A model generated the notes under the pieces. That model saw only the letters and a program-made list of their open reading frames with translations, made no database searches and was not told where the DNA came from. The position numbers were made by a program, and so were the translations under genes. Positions 45,889-55,713 of a stretch of 64,000 nt of DNA are shown here, in pieces; within the stretch, counting starts at the first letter, position 1, and each line of letters opens with the position of its first letter. The DNA is from Acidimicrobiia bacterium. GTDB lineage: Bacteria > Actinomycetota > Acidimicrobiia > Spongiisociales > ZC4RG35. The stretch is taken from positions 136 through 64,135 of the forward strand of contig DATFGI010000059.1 in assembly GCA_035249605.1 (NCBI GenBank), in the 5' to 3' direction.

Positions 45889-47124
45889 ATCAGGCAAAGC
45901 CCGTCGCGACAGTCTCTCACCGTCTCCGAATTGTTGGGGAGGGTGCGTCGTGCCCTGGTTGCCGAGTTCCCCACGCCGTTGTGGGTGCGGGGCGAGGTGA
46001 CCGGTCTCCGCCGCACCAGCGGAGGGGCGGTGTTCTTCCGGCTCGCCGACCCCGACGACCCGGAGGCGGCCCTCGACGTCGGGGCCCGGGGCAGGATGAT
46101 GCAGGAGATCGACCGGGTGCTCGCCGACTCCGGTCTCGGCAGTCTGCGCGACGGGATCGGGATCCAGGTCAAAGGTACGCTGGAGCTGGCCAGCCGCAAC
46201 TCCCTGCTCCGCCTCAGCCTCCTCGCCGTCGACCCCACGTTCACCGCCGGCAAGATGGCCCTCGAGCGCGACGAGATCCTGAGAAAGATGACCGCGGACG
46301 GCTCGCTCCGTGCCAACGACACGCTTCCACTCCCCCTGGTGCCGCTTCGGATCGGGCTCGTCACCAGCCGTGGATCTGCGGCCCACGCAGACTTCATCGA
46401 TCAGCTGCGGAGATCGCCCTACCGCTTCTCGTTGCGGACCGCCCACACGTCGGTGCAGGGTGAAACCGCTCCGGCCCGTGTAGCGCGGGCAATCACCAGG
46501 GTCGGCACCGAGCCCGTCGACATGATCGCGCTGGTGCGCGGGGGCGGCTCCAAACTCGACCTGGGCGTCTTCGACTCCGAGACGGTCGCCCGGGCCGTGG
46601 CAGCCGCCCCCGTGCCGGTGATAACCGGGATCGGCCACGAGGTCGACCGCACCATCGCCGACGAGGCCGCCGCGATCGCCGAGAAGACGCCGAGCGCCGC
46701 CGGGGAATGGCTGGTGAGCCGGGTCAAGGACTACTCCGACCGTCTCGAGACCGCACGTCACTCGATCCGCCGCGAGACCCAGGTGGCATTGCATCGCCAC
46801 CACGGACTTCTGGCCAATACCGCATCCGGGATCGCCGGTGGCGCGGCCGCCCTCGACCGTGAGCGCGACCAGCTCGACCGTCTCGGCTCCGAGCTGGCTC
46901 ACGCGGCGCGTCGCAGCCTGGCCGCCCAGGGGACGGTGCTGGAGGGGTTGGGCGAGTGGTTCGCCGCCGTCGACCTCGACCGCACTCTGGCGCGGGGATT
47001 CGCCATCGTCACCACCGACGATGGCAAGCGGGTGGTGAAGACAGTGGGTCAGGTCTCCAAGGGCGATCGGCTGCGCATCCGCCTCGGCGACGGTACGGTC
47101 GGGGTCATCGTGGAGGAGATGTGA
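45889..47124 (+). CDS. xseA: exodeoxyribonuclease VII large subunit; proposed ATC (AUC) start
   Basis: The XseA OB-fold N-terminus SLTVSELLGRVRRALVAEFPTPLWVRGEV is encoded in frame upstream of the first canonical start (TTG 45931). The in-frame stop TAA is at 45877-45879, and only ATC 45889 is available. Starting there gives MRQSPSRQSLTVSEL, close to E. coli MLPSQSPAIFTVSRL. Confidence 0.7.
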   Translation: MRQSPSRQSLTVSELLGRVRRALVAEFPTPLWVRGEVTGLRRTSGGAVFFRLADPDDPEAALDVGARGRMMQEIDRVLADSGLGSLRDGIGIQVKGTLELASRNSLLRLSLLAVDPTFTAGKMALERDEILRKMTADGSLRANDTLPLPLVPLRIGLVTSRGSAAHADFIDQLRRSPYRFSLRTAHTSVQGETAPARVARAITRVGTEPVDMIALVRGGGSKLDLGVFDSETVARAVAAAPVPVITGIGHEVDRTIADEAAAIAEKTPSAAGEWLVSRVKDYSDRLETARHSIRRETQVALHRHHGLLANTASGIAGGAAALDRERDQLDRLGSELAHAARRSLAAQGTVLEGLGEWFAAVDLDRTLARGFAIVTTDDGKRVVKTVGQVSKGDRLRIRLGDGTVGVIVEEM

Positions 47125-47324
47125 GCGAGGACCTCACATATCGAGAGGCCCTCGAGGAACTGCGCGCCATTCATGCCCGCCTCCGCGCCGACGATGTCGA
47201 CGTCGACAACCTGCTCGCCGACGTGCAACGCGCGTCCGAGTTGCTCGACTTCTGTCAGAAGCGAATCACCGCGGTGGGCCATCAGCTCGAGGAGGTCTTG
47301 CGGGACTTCGACGACAACGACTGA
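47121..47324 (+). CDS. xseB: exodeoxyribonuclease VII small subunit
   Basis: GTG start overlaps the xseA stop (GTGA), with GGAGGAG upstream. Length 67 aa, helical. Confidence 0.75.
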   Translation: MSEDLTYREALEELRAIHARLRADDVDVDNLLADVQRASELLDFCQKRITAVGHQLEEVLRDFDDND

Positions 47325-47508
47325 CTCACAGGCTGTCCCAGTCGAGCCCCAACTTCCACATCAGCGGAAATCATGTGAAGAAGGCCCCAACCGGCGAATG
47401 AAGGCCACCTCACCCCCGAAGTAGAGCCAGGTGGGACCTGAAATCGGCGCCTGCAGTGTCTCCTCGTCCCCCTGGGATCGGACGAGAGACGGCGGACCTC
47501 GAGCCGTG

Positions 47509-48582
47509 TCATCGGGTTCGGATGAGCACCAGGTGGTCGGCCGCCGACTCGGCACCCCAGATCTCGCCGGGTCGGCCGTGGATCTGACGGACCTCACCCG
47601 GCTGATGCGGCAGCGGATAGGCGGTGAAGATCTCGCTGCTCGGGTCGAAGCGCAACAACGAGTTCGAGCCGAAGTCGCTGACCCAGACGACGTCGGTGTG
47701 GTCGACGAATACGGCGTAGGCCGCGGGATCGTCACCGGGCAGCGGCCAGACGTCCCACTCCCCGGAGTCGGGGTCGTAACGGCTCAGCTGGCCACTGTTC
47801 CACTCGCTTACCCAGATGGATCCGGCCGAGTCGGACCAAACCCGGCGCGCACCCTGGCCCTCGGTGGGAGGCTGCAACACCGTTGCCGTCCCATCCGCCC
47901 CGATCGACCCGACATACGACCCGGCCAGGGAGGCGAAGAAGACATCCCCGTCGGGGGTGGCGGTGATCCCGTAGGGGCCACGGCCCTTGGGCGCCTCGTA
48001 GACCACCATTTCCCCGCCCGAAGGGTCGAAGGAGCCGTACACCCCGGCCTGACCGGTGAACCAGATCGTCCCCCGCTCGTCGAAGACGGCGGTGTTGAGG
48101 TTGGCGTCGGTCACCGTGTCGGGAAGTGGGTGGATGGTGACCTCGTCTGTGGCCGGGTTCACCGAGACGAGAGAGTTCAGCCCGCCATCGGTGATCCAGG
48201 GCACTCCCCCGGGCCCGACAATGACCCCATGAGGCCGTGACCCGTCGCCGAGGTCGACCTGCCGGGTCTCTCCGGTCGCCGGATCCAGCCATCCCAACTC
48301 ACCGGATCCCTGGGCTGTGTACCAGACCCCGCCGTCGGCGGCTGGGGCGACGTCATGGGGGTGCGAGCCGGGCGGCACCGGGAACGCCTCGATGGTCAGC
48401 GTTGCGAGGGCGAGGGTGGTCGTGCTCGAGGGTGCCGAGGTCGTGGACCCGGGGGTCGTGGTCGCAGTGGCGACGCGGGACGAGGTAGTCGTGTCGGGGA
48501 CAGTCGTGGTGGAGCTCGGTGACCCGCCATTGGCGGTGCACGCGGTCAGAGCCACGATCACGATCATCGAGCCGGTCCGCAT
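47509..48582 (-). CDS. beta-propeller lipoprotein (streptogramin-lyase Vgb-like repeats)
   Basis: Lipoprotein signal IVIVALTAC and a Thr-rich linker. Repeated blades follow (GPYGITATPDGDVFF, NSLLRFDPSS). Confidence 0.5.
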   Translation of the reverse strand: MRTGSMIVIVALTACTANGGSPSSTTTVPDTTTSSRVATATTTPGSTTSAPSSTTTLALATLTIEAFPVPPGSHPHDVAPAADGGVWYTAQGSGELGWLDPATGETRQVDLGDGSRPHGVIVGPGGVPWITDGGLNSLVSVNPATDEVTIHPLPDTVTDANLNTAVFDERGTIWFTGQAGVYGSFDPSGGEMVVYEAPKGRGPYGITATPDGDVFFASLAGSYVGSIGADGTATVLQPPTEGQGARRVWSDSAGSIWVSEWNSGQLSRYDPDSGEWDVWPLPGDDPAAYAVFVDHTDVVWVSDFGSNSLLRFDPSSEIFTAYPLPHQPGEVRQIHGRPGEIWGAESAADHLVLIRTR

Positions 48583-48688
48583 GTCGAAGATCTAACCATC
48601 CATCAGCCCCATTCGGATCTCCGGTTGACGCGATCGTCGCAGCGGCCGGCGTTCAGGGAACCAGGGGTGTTGCCGATAAGGGAGGGCA

Positions 48689-50134
48689 TTGGCTATCGAC
48701 ATCAGCCGGGCAAAGCCGCCCTCCTCCTGGTGGCTCATCGTCACCGCCGTCACCGCGGTGCTGGCGGTCGCGGCCTGGGTGGGCGCCTTCCTCTACCAGG
48801 AACGGGCGACCCGCCCCATCGGCGAGGGAGATGTCTTCCAGAGCGATGCCAGGGCGATCGAGGAAATCATCGCATCCTCTGATTCTGCGGACGACGGGGT
48901 CCGTCATGCCCGAAACCAGAAGGACCTGGAAGCGGTCAGCCTCGTCGACGGCGACGGGATGATCGTCGCTTCCAGCTCGGCCAGCCTCGCCAACACGCAT
49001 CTGACCAACCCCCTTCTCCAGTTCGCGGTGGAGAGCGGCCGCTTCTCCGCTCTCGCCATTTCGATAGACGAGCCGTTGCAGATCGACGGGGTCGTGGAAT
49101 GGGCCGAAGGGAGCATCCTCTACCAGGTGGTCGATCCACTCGACTCCGGTGGGGGCCACGTCCTCCTCCACTATGACGTCGCCGGGCTCTTCGAGCGAAG
49201 GACCAAGCCCGGCGAGATCCAGCCGGAGACCCTCCAGCTCCTCGCATTGGGCGTCATATTCGCCGTGCTCGCCGTGACGAGTTATGTAGGCCAAAGACGC
49301 TCGGTGCGCCGTCATCGGGAGATGGCGATGGAGTCCGAGCTCCTGCGGGCGCACTCCCGCGAGCTCGAGGAGACCAATAGCAAGCTGGCAGAGGCGCGGC
49401 GGGCAGCCGAGCAGGCCCTGGACCTCGCAGAGGAGAAGATGCGGATCCGATCCGAGTTCGTGCTCATGATCAACCACGAGCTGCGCACCCCCCTGACCAG
49501 CGTGGTCACCGGAGCCGAACTGGTGCGCGACGGTGGCCTCGGCGAGGACGACCGTCTCGAGGTCCTGGAGTCGATCGTGACCCACGGCAGGCGGCTCAAG
49601 GAGATCATCGACCAGATCCTGGCCGTCGCCCGCATCGAGAACCGCGGTCTCAACTACGAGCTCGGCGACATCCCGATTGACCAGGTCCGCTCCGCACTCG
49701 ACGCCACCGACGCCGGAGTGGCCGCCGCTTTTGCCGATGGGATGACGGTGCAGACCGACCTCGGGGCCCTGACGCTGGTTGTGTCCTCACTCATGGACAA
49801 CGCCCATACCCACGGCGCTTCCAATGTTGACGTGGCCTGTGCCGCCCAACCTCTGATCGAGACCATCCTCGAAGTGGGACGGCGCCCCGAGCCGGCGGTG
49901 TATGTGACCGTCTCCGACGACGGGCCCGGAATCGATCTCCATTTCCTGCCCCGTGTATTCGAGAAGTTCGAGAAGAACAGCTTCTCGTCGGGGACCGGCC
50001 TCGGTCTCTACATGGTGAGGCTCATGGTCGATGCCCTCGGCGGATCGGTCGGCGTGACCACCTCATCGAATGGGACGACCTTCCAGGTCGCCTTGCCGGC
50101 GGTGGTGCGCAGCCGGGTGATGGAGACGGTATGA
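48689..50134 (+). CDS. sensor histidine kinase (two TM helices, periplasmic sensor, HisKA, HATPase_c)
   Basis: H-box NHELRTPL and an N/G-box region (GTGLGLYMV). No response regulator is adjacent. Confidence 0.8.
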   Translation: MAIDISRAKPPSSWWLIVTAVTAVLAVAAWVGAFLYQERATRPIGEGDVFQSDARAIEEIIASSDSADDGVRHARNQKDLEAVSLVDGDGMIVASSSASLANTHLTNPLLQFAVESGRFSALAISIDEPLQIDGVVEWAEGSILYQVVDPLDSGGGHVLLHYDVAGLFERRTKPGEIQPETLQLLALGVIFAVLAVTSYVGQRRSVRRHREMAMESELLRAHSRELEETNSKLAEARRAAEQALDLAEEKMRIRSEFVLMINHELRTPLTSVVTGAELVRDGGLGEDDRLEVLESIVTHGRRLKEIIDQILAVARIENRGLNYELGDIPIDQVRSALDATDAGVAAAFADGMTVQTDLGALTLVVSSLMDNAHTHGASNVDVACAAQPLIETILEVGRRPEPAVYVTVSDDGPGIDLHFLPRVFEKFEKNSFSSGTGLGLYMVRLMVDALGGSVGVTTSSNGTTFQVALPAVVRSRVMETV

Positions 50135-50499
50135 GACGGGTGCTTGCCGGATTGGCCGCGTGTCTGGCCCTGGCGGGATGTGCCGGGCTCGCCGAGAGCG
50201 TTTCTTACGAGCTGGTCGAGTTCTCCATAACCGGGCCCGATCAGCTCGGCCCGGGATCGACGTCGCTGACCGTGTCCAACGCCGGTGAGTTCCCCCATAC
50301 GATGGTGGTGACGGACTCCTCGGGTGAGGTGGTCGCCGCCACCTCCCTGGTCCAGCCGGAGCAGAGCGTGGAGCTGGCCGTCGACCTGAGGCCGGGGCGC
50401 TACAGCTTCACATGTCGCATCGTGGCCCAGGACAGCGAGGGACAGCTGATAGACCACTTCGAGTCGGGGATGGCCGCCACGGTCGAGGTATCCGGCTGA
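50131..50499 (+). CDS. small lipoprotein, cupredoxin-like (non-canonical ligand spacing)
   Basis: ATGA overlap with the kinase. Lipobox LALAGC. NAGEFPHTMVV and YSFTCRIV...DHFESGM resemble a type 1 copper site, but the Cys-His spacing is 13 residues. Confidence 0.5.
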   Translation: MRRVLAGLAACLALAGCAGLAESVSYELVEFSITGPDQLGPGSTSLTVSNAGEFPHTMVVTDSSGEVVAATSLVQPEQSVELAVDLRPGRYSFTCRIVAQDSEGQLIDHFESGMAATVEVSG

Positions 50500-50508
50500 G
50501 TCGAGAGC

Positions 50509-51888
50509 TCAAGACGTCAACCAGCCCCAATCGGGTCCCAAGAGCCGATCGGCTTCTCGAGGCCCGGAAGACCCATACTGGTATTCCGTCGGGACCAAGT
50601 CGGCGTCGATGACGGGCTGCACGATCCTCCACGCCTCCATGACCCCATCGACCCGGGCGAACAGAGCCTGGTCTCCCGCCAGGGCGTCACCGAGGAGGCG
50701 GCGATAGGCCTCCCGGGTCTCCCCACTGTTGTCCCCGTAGTCGAGCTCGAGGGCCACCGACTCGCTGACGATGTCCGGTCCGGGGCGCTTGGCCTGCATG
50801 GAGAGACGGATACGGTCGTCGGGTTTGCTCTGGAAGGTGATCCGATTGGGCACAGGCGCCTTGAGCTCCTCGGTGAAATAGAGACGGGGCGGCGGCACGA
50901 ACTCGACCACGGCCTCGGTCACCGTGCGATCGAGGCCCTTTCCCGCCCTTATCACCCAGGGAACGCCCGACCAACGCCACGAGTCGATCTCCAACCGGGC
51001 GGCGAAGTAGGTCTCGGTGTGCGTGTCCCCGGCCACGCCCGGCTCGGAGCGATAGCCGGAGTACTGCCCGAGGACGACATCGGCGACGTCGAGGGGCCGT
51101 GTCGACTCCAGCACCTTGACCCGCTCATCGCGCAGGGCGTCGGCGCGTTCTGACACCGGGGGCTCCATGGCCAGCAGGGACATCATCACCAGGAGGTGAT
51201 TCTGCACGACGTCGCGCATCGCCCCCACCGAGTCGTAGAAGACGCCCCTTCCCTCGACACCGAACTGCTCGGTCATCGTGATCTGGACACCGCGGATGTA
51301 GTGCCGGTTCCAGATCGGCTCCAGCATGGTGTTGGAGAATCGGAAGACCATCAGGTTCTGCAGCGCCTCCTTCCCGAGGAAATGGTCGATTCGGTAGACC
51401 CGCTCCTCGGGGTAGTGACGGTGCACGATCGCACTCAGCTCCGCGGCGCTTTCGGTGTCCCTCCCGAACGGCTTCTCGACCACCACCCGTCCCGAATGGT
51501 TCAGCCCGGCGGAAGCCAGTCCTTTGACCACGTCGTCGAAGAGGTCAGGGGGGATGGCGAGATAGGCCACCGTGCAGGTCAGATCGCCCACCTCCCGCTT
51601 GATCCCGTCGAAGGTTGCCTGGTCGCGGTAATCACCGGGCACGTGGACCAGGCGGGAGGCGAATCCCTCGAACACCTTCTCGTCCAGGGGGATACCCGCC
51701 TCCTCCACCGCTGCCCGGGCGCGGTTGCGCAGTGCCTCAGAGTCCTCGTCGGACCGGCTCACCCCGACGACGGGCATGTCCAGCTCACCTTCGGCGGCGA
51801 GCTCGTAGAGGGCGGGTATCAGACGGCGTCGGGCGAGGTCCCCGGTTATCCCGAAGAAGATCAGGGCGTCGGCTCGATGGTGGGTCAC
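50509..51888 (-). CDS. zwf: glucose-6-phosphate 1-dehydrogenase
   Basis: NADP-binding motif GITGDLARR and the active-site block RIDHFLGKE. Confidence 0.9.
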   Translation of the reverse strand: MTHHRADALIFFGITGDLARRRLIPALYELAAEGELDMPVVGVSRSDEDSEALRNRARAAVEEAGIPLDEKVFEGFASRLVHVPGDYRDQATFDGIKREVGDLTCTVAYLAIPPDLFDDVVKGLASAGLNHSGRVVVEKPFGRDTESAAELSAIVHRHYPEERVYRIDHFLGKEALQNLMVFRFSNTMLEPIWNRHYIRGVQITMTEQFGVEGRGVFYDSVGAMRDVVQNHLLVMMSLLAMEPPVSERADALRDERVKVLESTRPLDVADVVLGQYSGYRSEPGVAGDTHTETYFAARLEIDSWRWSGVPWVIRAGKGLDRTVTEAVVEFVPPPRLYFTEELKAPVPNRITFQSKPDDRIRLSMQAKRPGPDIVSESVALELDYGDNSGETREAYRRLLGDALAGDQALFARVDGVMEAWRIVQPVIDADLVPTEYQYGSSGPREADRLLGPDWGWLTS

Positions 51889-51941
51889 ACCTACAAGTTA
51901 ACGACGTGCCCGGTTAGCAGGATCGAGACTCCCGAGATGCC

Positions 51942-52343
51942 TCAACCCTCGACGTTGAGTGTTCCCGTCATCTGGGGATGGAATTTGCAGAAGTATGTGT
52001 ACTCGCCGGACTCGTCGAAGGTGAACTGGAAACTCTCACCGGTGGCGATGGCGTCACTGTCGAAGACGTCGTCCTCAGATGTGAAGGTATGAGACACCCC
52101 GTCCTCGTTGGTCACCGTCACCGTGGTCCCCACCGCGACGGAGTCGGGGCCGGTGAAGGTGAAGTCGGCGATCGTGATCGAGGCCGTGGCCCCCGAGGGA
52201 GCGCCGGTGGTGGCGCCGCCCGCCGCGCTCGTGGTCGGCTGGTCGACTGCGGTGGTCGTGGTCTGGCCGGCCGAGTCGCCCCCGCAGGAGGCAAGGATCA
52301 GGGCAACCGCCACGGCCGCCCACGAAATACGGGCTCTGTTCAT
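51942..52343 (-). CDS. cupredoxin (type 1 blue copper protein) lipoprotein
   Basis: Lipobox ILASCGG. Ligand set SHTF...YTYFCKFHPQMTG (His, Cys-x2-His-x2-Met) resembles amicyanin and pseudoazurin. Confidence 0.7.
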   Translation of the reverse strand: MNRARISWAAVAVALILASCGGDSAGQTTTTAVDQPTTSAAGGATTGAPSGATASITIADFTFTGPDSVAVGTTVTVTNEDGVSHTFTSEDDVFDSDAIATGESFQFTFDESGEYTYFCKFHPQMTGTLNVEG

Positions 52344-52427
52344 CTCTGGTCCTCATTTCTCATTTGACGAGACGATGACCTCGCCGTGAGATATACGCGT
52401 CAACCTCCCGAAAGGTTCACGCAACGC

Positions 52428-53393
52428 TCAGGTGCCCTCCTCTTCGGCGGAGCGGCGGCCCTGCTGGTAACGGGTGAGCGCACTGCGGATATCGATCGCC
52501 GCTTCCGCGGCGGCGACGCTGGGCTCGTCGCTGATGTTCTCGAAGTTCTCCCCCGGCACCCGCACCCGCAGGGCGGTGGTGGTGGCGATCCGCTCTCCAC
52601 GGTCGGGCCGCGGTGCCTGTCTCAGCGGTCCGTTCTCGTTGCCTCCCCTGTCGGCTCGAGTCGTGGGACGCTCCGATCCTCGCGGCTTGGTGAGCAAGGG
52701 GCCGAAGACTTGGGCGAGGAACTCCTCGGCATCTGCCCGGGCGGAGTCGGTCATCGCCACCACGTGGCCGAGAGAGCGCAACCGGCTCTCGTAGCGGGTC
52801 AAATCGAGGGTGGGCTCCTCGGGGGACGGGGAGCCCACAGCCGGCACCGCAGCCCTCCCGGAGACCGGGCCACCCGGCCGGGGGCGCAAGGGGTTGAAGA
52901 TGCCGGGTCCCGGATCCACGTGGGCAACGCCGTCCGAATGCATCGAAACCTCACCTTCGCCCGAGGAGACGAGCCGGGAAGGGATGGTGACCCGTGCCGT
53001 GGTGCCGGGGACCGCAGGGACCAGCCTCACCCCTATTCCATGACGGCCGGCGAGGCGGGCCACCAACTGGATACCCATCCGGGGTGCTCCGACCGCAGCG
53101 GTGCCCGGATCCTCGAGTTGACGGTTGATGGCGGCGATCATCGGCTCGGGGATCCCCACCCCATGGTCGGAGACGGTGATCAAGTAGTCGTCACGGGTGA
53201 ACAGCCCGGTGATCCTGACCCGGTCGCCGGGATCGGAGAAGGCAACCGCGTTCTCGATGAGCTCGGCGAGAAGCTGGGCGACACCGCTGACCGCCTCCAT
53301 CGAGATCTCGGCCTGCTCCAGGGTGGCCACCTCGACCCGGCGATCGTCGATGCCGGCCAGTGCAATGTCGAGGAGCTCGGCGACGTCCATCAA
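52428..53393 (-). CDS. CvnA-like HATPase-domain protein lacking TM/sensor region (probable truncated paralogue or pseudogene fragment)
   Basis: It is colinear with residues from about 230 to the end of the intact cvnA at 56490-58040 (LLAELIENAVAFS..., VSDHGVGIP...). The homology continues about 15 codons upstream of the TTG/ATG start, to an in-frame stop at 53478. Confidence 0.55.
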   Translation of the reverse strand: MMDVAELLDIALAGIDDRRVEVATLEQAEISMEAVSGVAQLLAELIENAVAFSDPGDRVRITGLFTRDDYLITVSDHGVGIPEPMIAAINRQLEDPGTAAVGAPRMGIQLVARLAGRHGIGVRLVPAVPGTTARVTIPSRLVSSGEGEVSMHSDGVAHVDPGPGIFNPLRPRPGGPVSGRAAVPAVGSPSPEEPTLDLTRYESRLRSLGHVVAMTDSARADAEEFLAQVFGPLLTKPRGSERPTTRADRGGNENGPLRQAPRPDRGERIATTTALRVRVPGENFENISDEPSVAAAEAAIDIRSALTRYQQGRRSAEEEGT

Positions 53394-53490
53394 CCGGAAC
53401 CCTAATTCTCCCCGGTTGGCCCGCCAAGGACCGGCAAACCCGTGGTCGGAGACACCAGGGATCAGAGCCGCCGCGTTTTAAGGTTCACCC

Positions 53491-55125
53491 ATGTCGAAGG
53501 TCAGGAGACTGAGACGCCGGGGAACGGGGAGGCCGCATGGCCGCAGTCTCCTCGACTCGCGCACCTTTGACATGCGCCACCGCTTCGTCCTCGTCCTGGC
53601 TTGGGCTCACGTCCCGGCCCTGGCCGCAGTCGGGCTTCTCCTCGGCTCCCCGGTGTCAGAGGTCGCCATAGCCTCGCTGACCCTGATCGCGTTGGCCACA
53701 GTGGGCGCCGTGGCCCGCAATCGGGCCCTGGCCGCCGCCGCGGTCGCCTTCGCCCTCATCACATCGTCCGGAGTCCTCGTCTACCTCACCGATGGGGTCG
53801 CTGCCGCCCACCTCCATTTCTTCCTCGTCATCACCGCCGTCTCCTTCTACCGGGACTGGCGCATCCTGGCGGTGGCGGCGAGCTACGCGATCGCCTATCA
53901 GTTCAGCGCCGGGCTGGTGGCGATGACCGAGACACAGCCCGACGCGGTGCTGGGCCCGGTTTGGTGGGCGACGATCCACTCCATCGCCGTCGTCATCCTC
54001 TCCCTGATCCTGATGGCCGGGTGGAGGCTGACGGCACGCACAGAGGACCTGGTCGCCGGTGTCGACCTGCGCTACCGGCTCAGCTTCGAGGAAGCACCCG
54101 TGGGGATGGCCCTGCTCCGACCATCCGGGGCCCTCCTCCAGGTCAACCAGTCCCTGGCAGACCTCATCGGCTATGAGATCTCCCATTTCCCGGGTCGCAA
54201 CGTGCGCAGCCTGATCCACGGCGACGACCTCGCTGTCCTCGGCGATGCATGGGAGGAGATGGGCAACGGAAGCAGCCATCACGCCGAGACCTGGCTCCGT
54301 TGCCTTACCGCACACGGGCATACCGTCTGGGCCCGGGCTTCTTTGTCTCTGGTCCCGTGGAGTGTCGACCAGCCCGCCATCGTGGTGCTCGCCATTGAGG
54401 ACGCCACCCAGTCCCATCTCGAGCAGCTCCGTCTCGAGTCGCTCATCGCCGGCCGCGACGAGTTCGTGGCCCAGATCAGCGACGAGATGCGGGATCCGCT
54501 GGAGAGTGTGCTCGAGCTGGCCACGGGTGGGGGCCAGGGTGGGGCAGACGTGTTGCGTCGCATCGAGAGACACGCTCGGGACGTGTCCTCGATACTGGAC
54601 GATCTCATGGTGTCGGCCCGGCCCGACATTCCCGTCGTGGCCCGTCCCCTCGACGCAGGCGAGCTCTGCCGTGAGGTGCTGGCGACCCTTCCCGGAGCCC
54701 GAGCCGTCCATGTCGACATCGACTCGACCACACTCTGGGCCGACCCGGTGCTCGCCCGCCAGGTGCTGGTCAACCTGGTCGACAACGTCCTCCGTTATGG
54801 CGGACCGAACGTGGTGATACACACCGCGAGATCTGGACCGGACACCGTGTTTCGGATCAGCGACGACGGGCCCGAAGTCCCCGTCGCCGAACGGGAGAGG
54901 CTGTTCCGAGGTGGCCTCCGCGGCGGTCACCCCACCACCCGCCCGGCCTCGGTCGGGCTGAGTCTCACCGTGGCGCGGCACCTGGCGCTGCGGATGGACG
55001 GAGACCTGGTCTATCGACGTGGCAACGATCGCCGCAACGAGTTCGAGTTGCGTCTCCCCGCCGAGCAGGTGACCGTGATCGACAAGCCCCGTCTCAGCGA
55101 GGAGATGGTGGACCTGCCGGCATGA
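53491..55125 (+). CDS. membrane sensor histidine kinase with PAS-like domain
   Basis: About 5 TM helices, then a PAS-like domain, a HisKA-like region and an HATPase_c domain (LVNLVDNVLRYG, DDGPEV). A receiver domain is absent. Confidence 0.7.
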   Translation: MSKVRRLRRRGTGRPHGRSLLDSRTFDMRHRFVLVLAWAHVPALAAVGLLLGSPVSEVAIASLTLIALATVGAVARNRALAAAAVAFALITSSGVLVYLTDGVAAAHLHFFLVITAVSFYRDWRILAVAASYAIAYQFSAGLVAMTETQPDAVLGPVWWATIHSIAVVILSLILMAGWRLTARTEDLVAGVDLRYRLSFEEAPVGMALLRPSGALLQVNQSLADLIGYEISHFPGRNVRSLIHGDDLAVLGDAWEEMGNGSSHHAETWLRCLTAHGHTVWARASLSLVPWSVDQPAIVVLAIEDATQSHLEQLRLESLIAGRDEFVAQISDEMRDPLESVLELATGGGQGGADVLRRIERHARDVSSILDDLMVSARPDIPVVARPLDAGELCREVLATLPGARAVHVDIDSTTLWADPVLARQVLVNLVDNVLRYGGPNVVIHTARSGPDTVFRISDDGPEVPVAERERLFRGGLRGGHPTTRPASVGLSLTVARHLALRMDGDLVYRRGNDRRNEFELRLPAEQVTVIDKPRLSEEMVDLPA

Positions 55126-55713
55126 TCAGGCGGTAGAGGCGTCGCTGCCCACCCGATCGAGGGCGTGCTCGACCAGCGCCACCAGCACCTTCTGCACGTC
55201 GACCCTGACCCGGGCGTCGCAATAGAGGATGGGAATGTCCGGGGACACCTGGAGGGCGTGACGGACGTCCTCGATGCTGTGCAGTCTCCGACCATGGAAG
55301 GTGTTGATCGCCACCACGAAGGGAGTGCCCCTCTTCTCGAAGAAGTCGACGGCGGCGAAGCCGGCCTCGATACGCCGGGTGTCGACCAGGACGACGGCGC
55401 CGACGGCGCCACGGGCCAACTCGTTCCACATGAAGTGGAACCGGTCCTGGCCTGGGGTGCCGAACAGATAGAGGACCAGTTGGTGCTTGAGGCTGATGCG
55501 ACCAAAGTCCATGGCGACGGTGGTCATGATCTTGGTCCCGTCGTCGAAGAGGTCGTCGATGCCGGAGCTGGCCTCGGTGATCAGTGCCTCGCTCCGCAAC
55601 GGCTCGATCTCCGAGATGGCACCGACGAAGGTGGTCTTGCCCACCCCGAAGCCACCCGCCACGACGATCTTCACCGGGATCGACCCGGTCCGCTCAGAGG
55701 GACTTGATGCCAT
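55126..55713 (-). CDS. cvnD: conservon GTPase CvnD (Ras-like ATP/GTP-binding protein)
   Basis: P-loop GGFGVGKTT, plus DTPGQ-like and NKxD-like motifs. The ATG at 55713 overlaps the cvnC end by 20 nt. The track start at 55809 is an over-extension. Confidence 0.75.
   Translation of the reverse strand: MASSPSERTGSIPVKIVVAGGFGVGKTTFVGAISEIEPLRSEALITEASSGIDDLFDDGTKIMTTVAMDFGRISLKHQLVLYLFGTPGQDRFHFMWNELARGAVGAVVLVDTRRIEAGFAAVDFFEKRGTPFVVAINTFHGRRLHSIEDVRHALQVSPDIPILYCDARVRVDVQKVLVALVEHALDRVGSDASTA

Noticed and set aside
47325-47508. A possible small RNA or tRNA in the 184-bp xseB / beta-propeller intergenic region.
   Set aside because: Only a modest hairpin (CTCGTCC...GGACGAG) consistent with a terminator. 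No tRNA-like structure or conserved sRNA features are recognisable.
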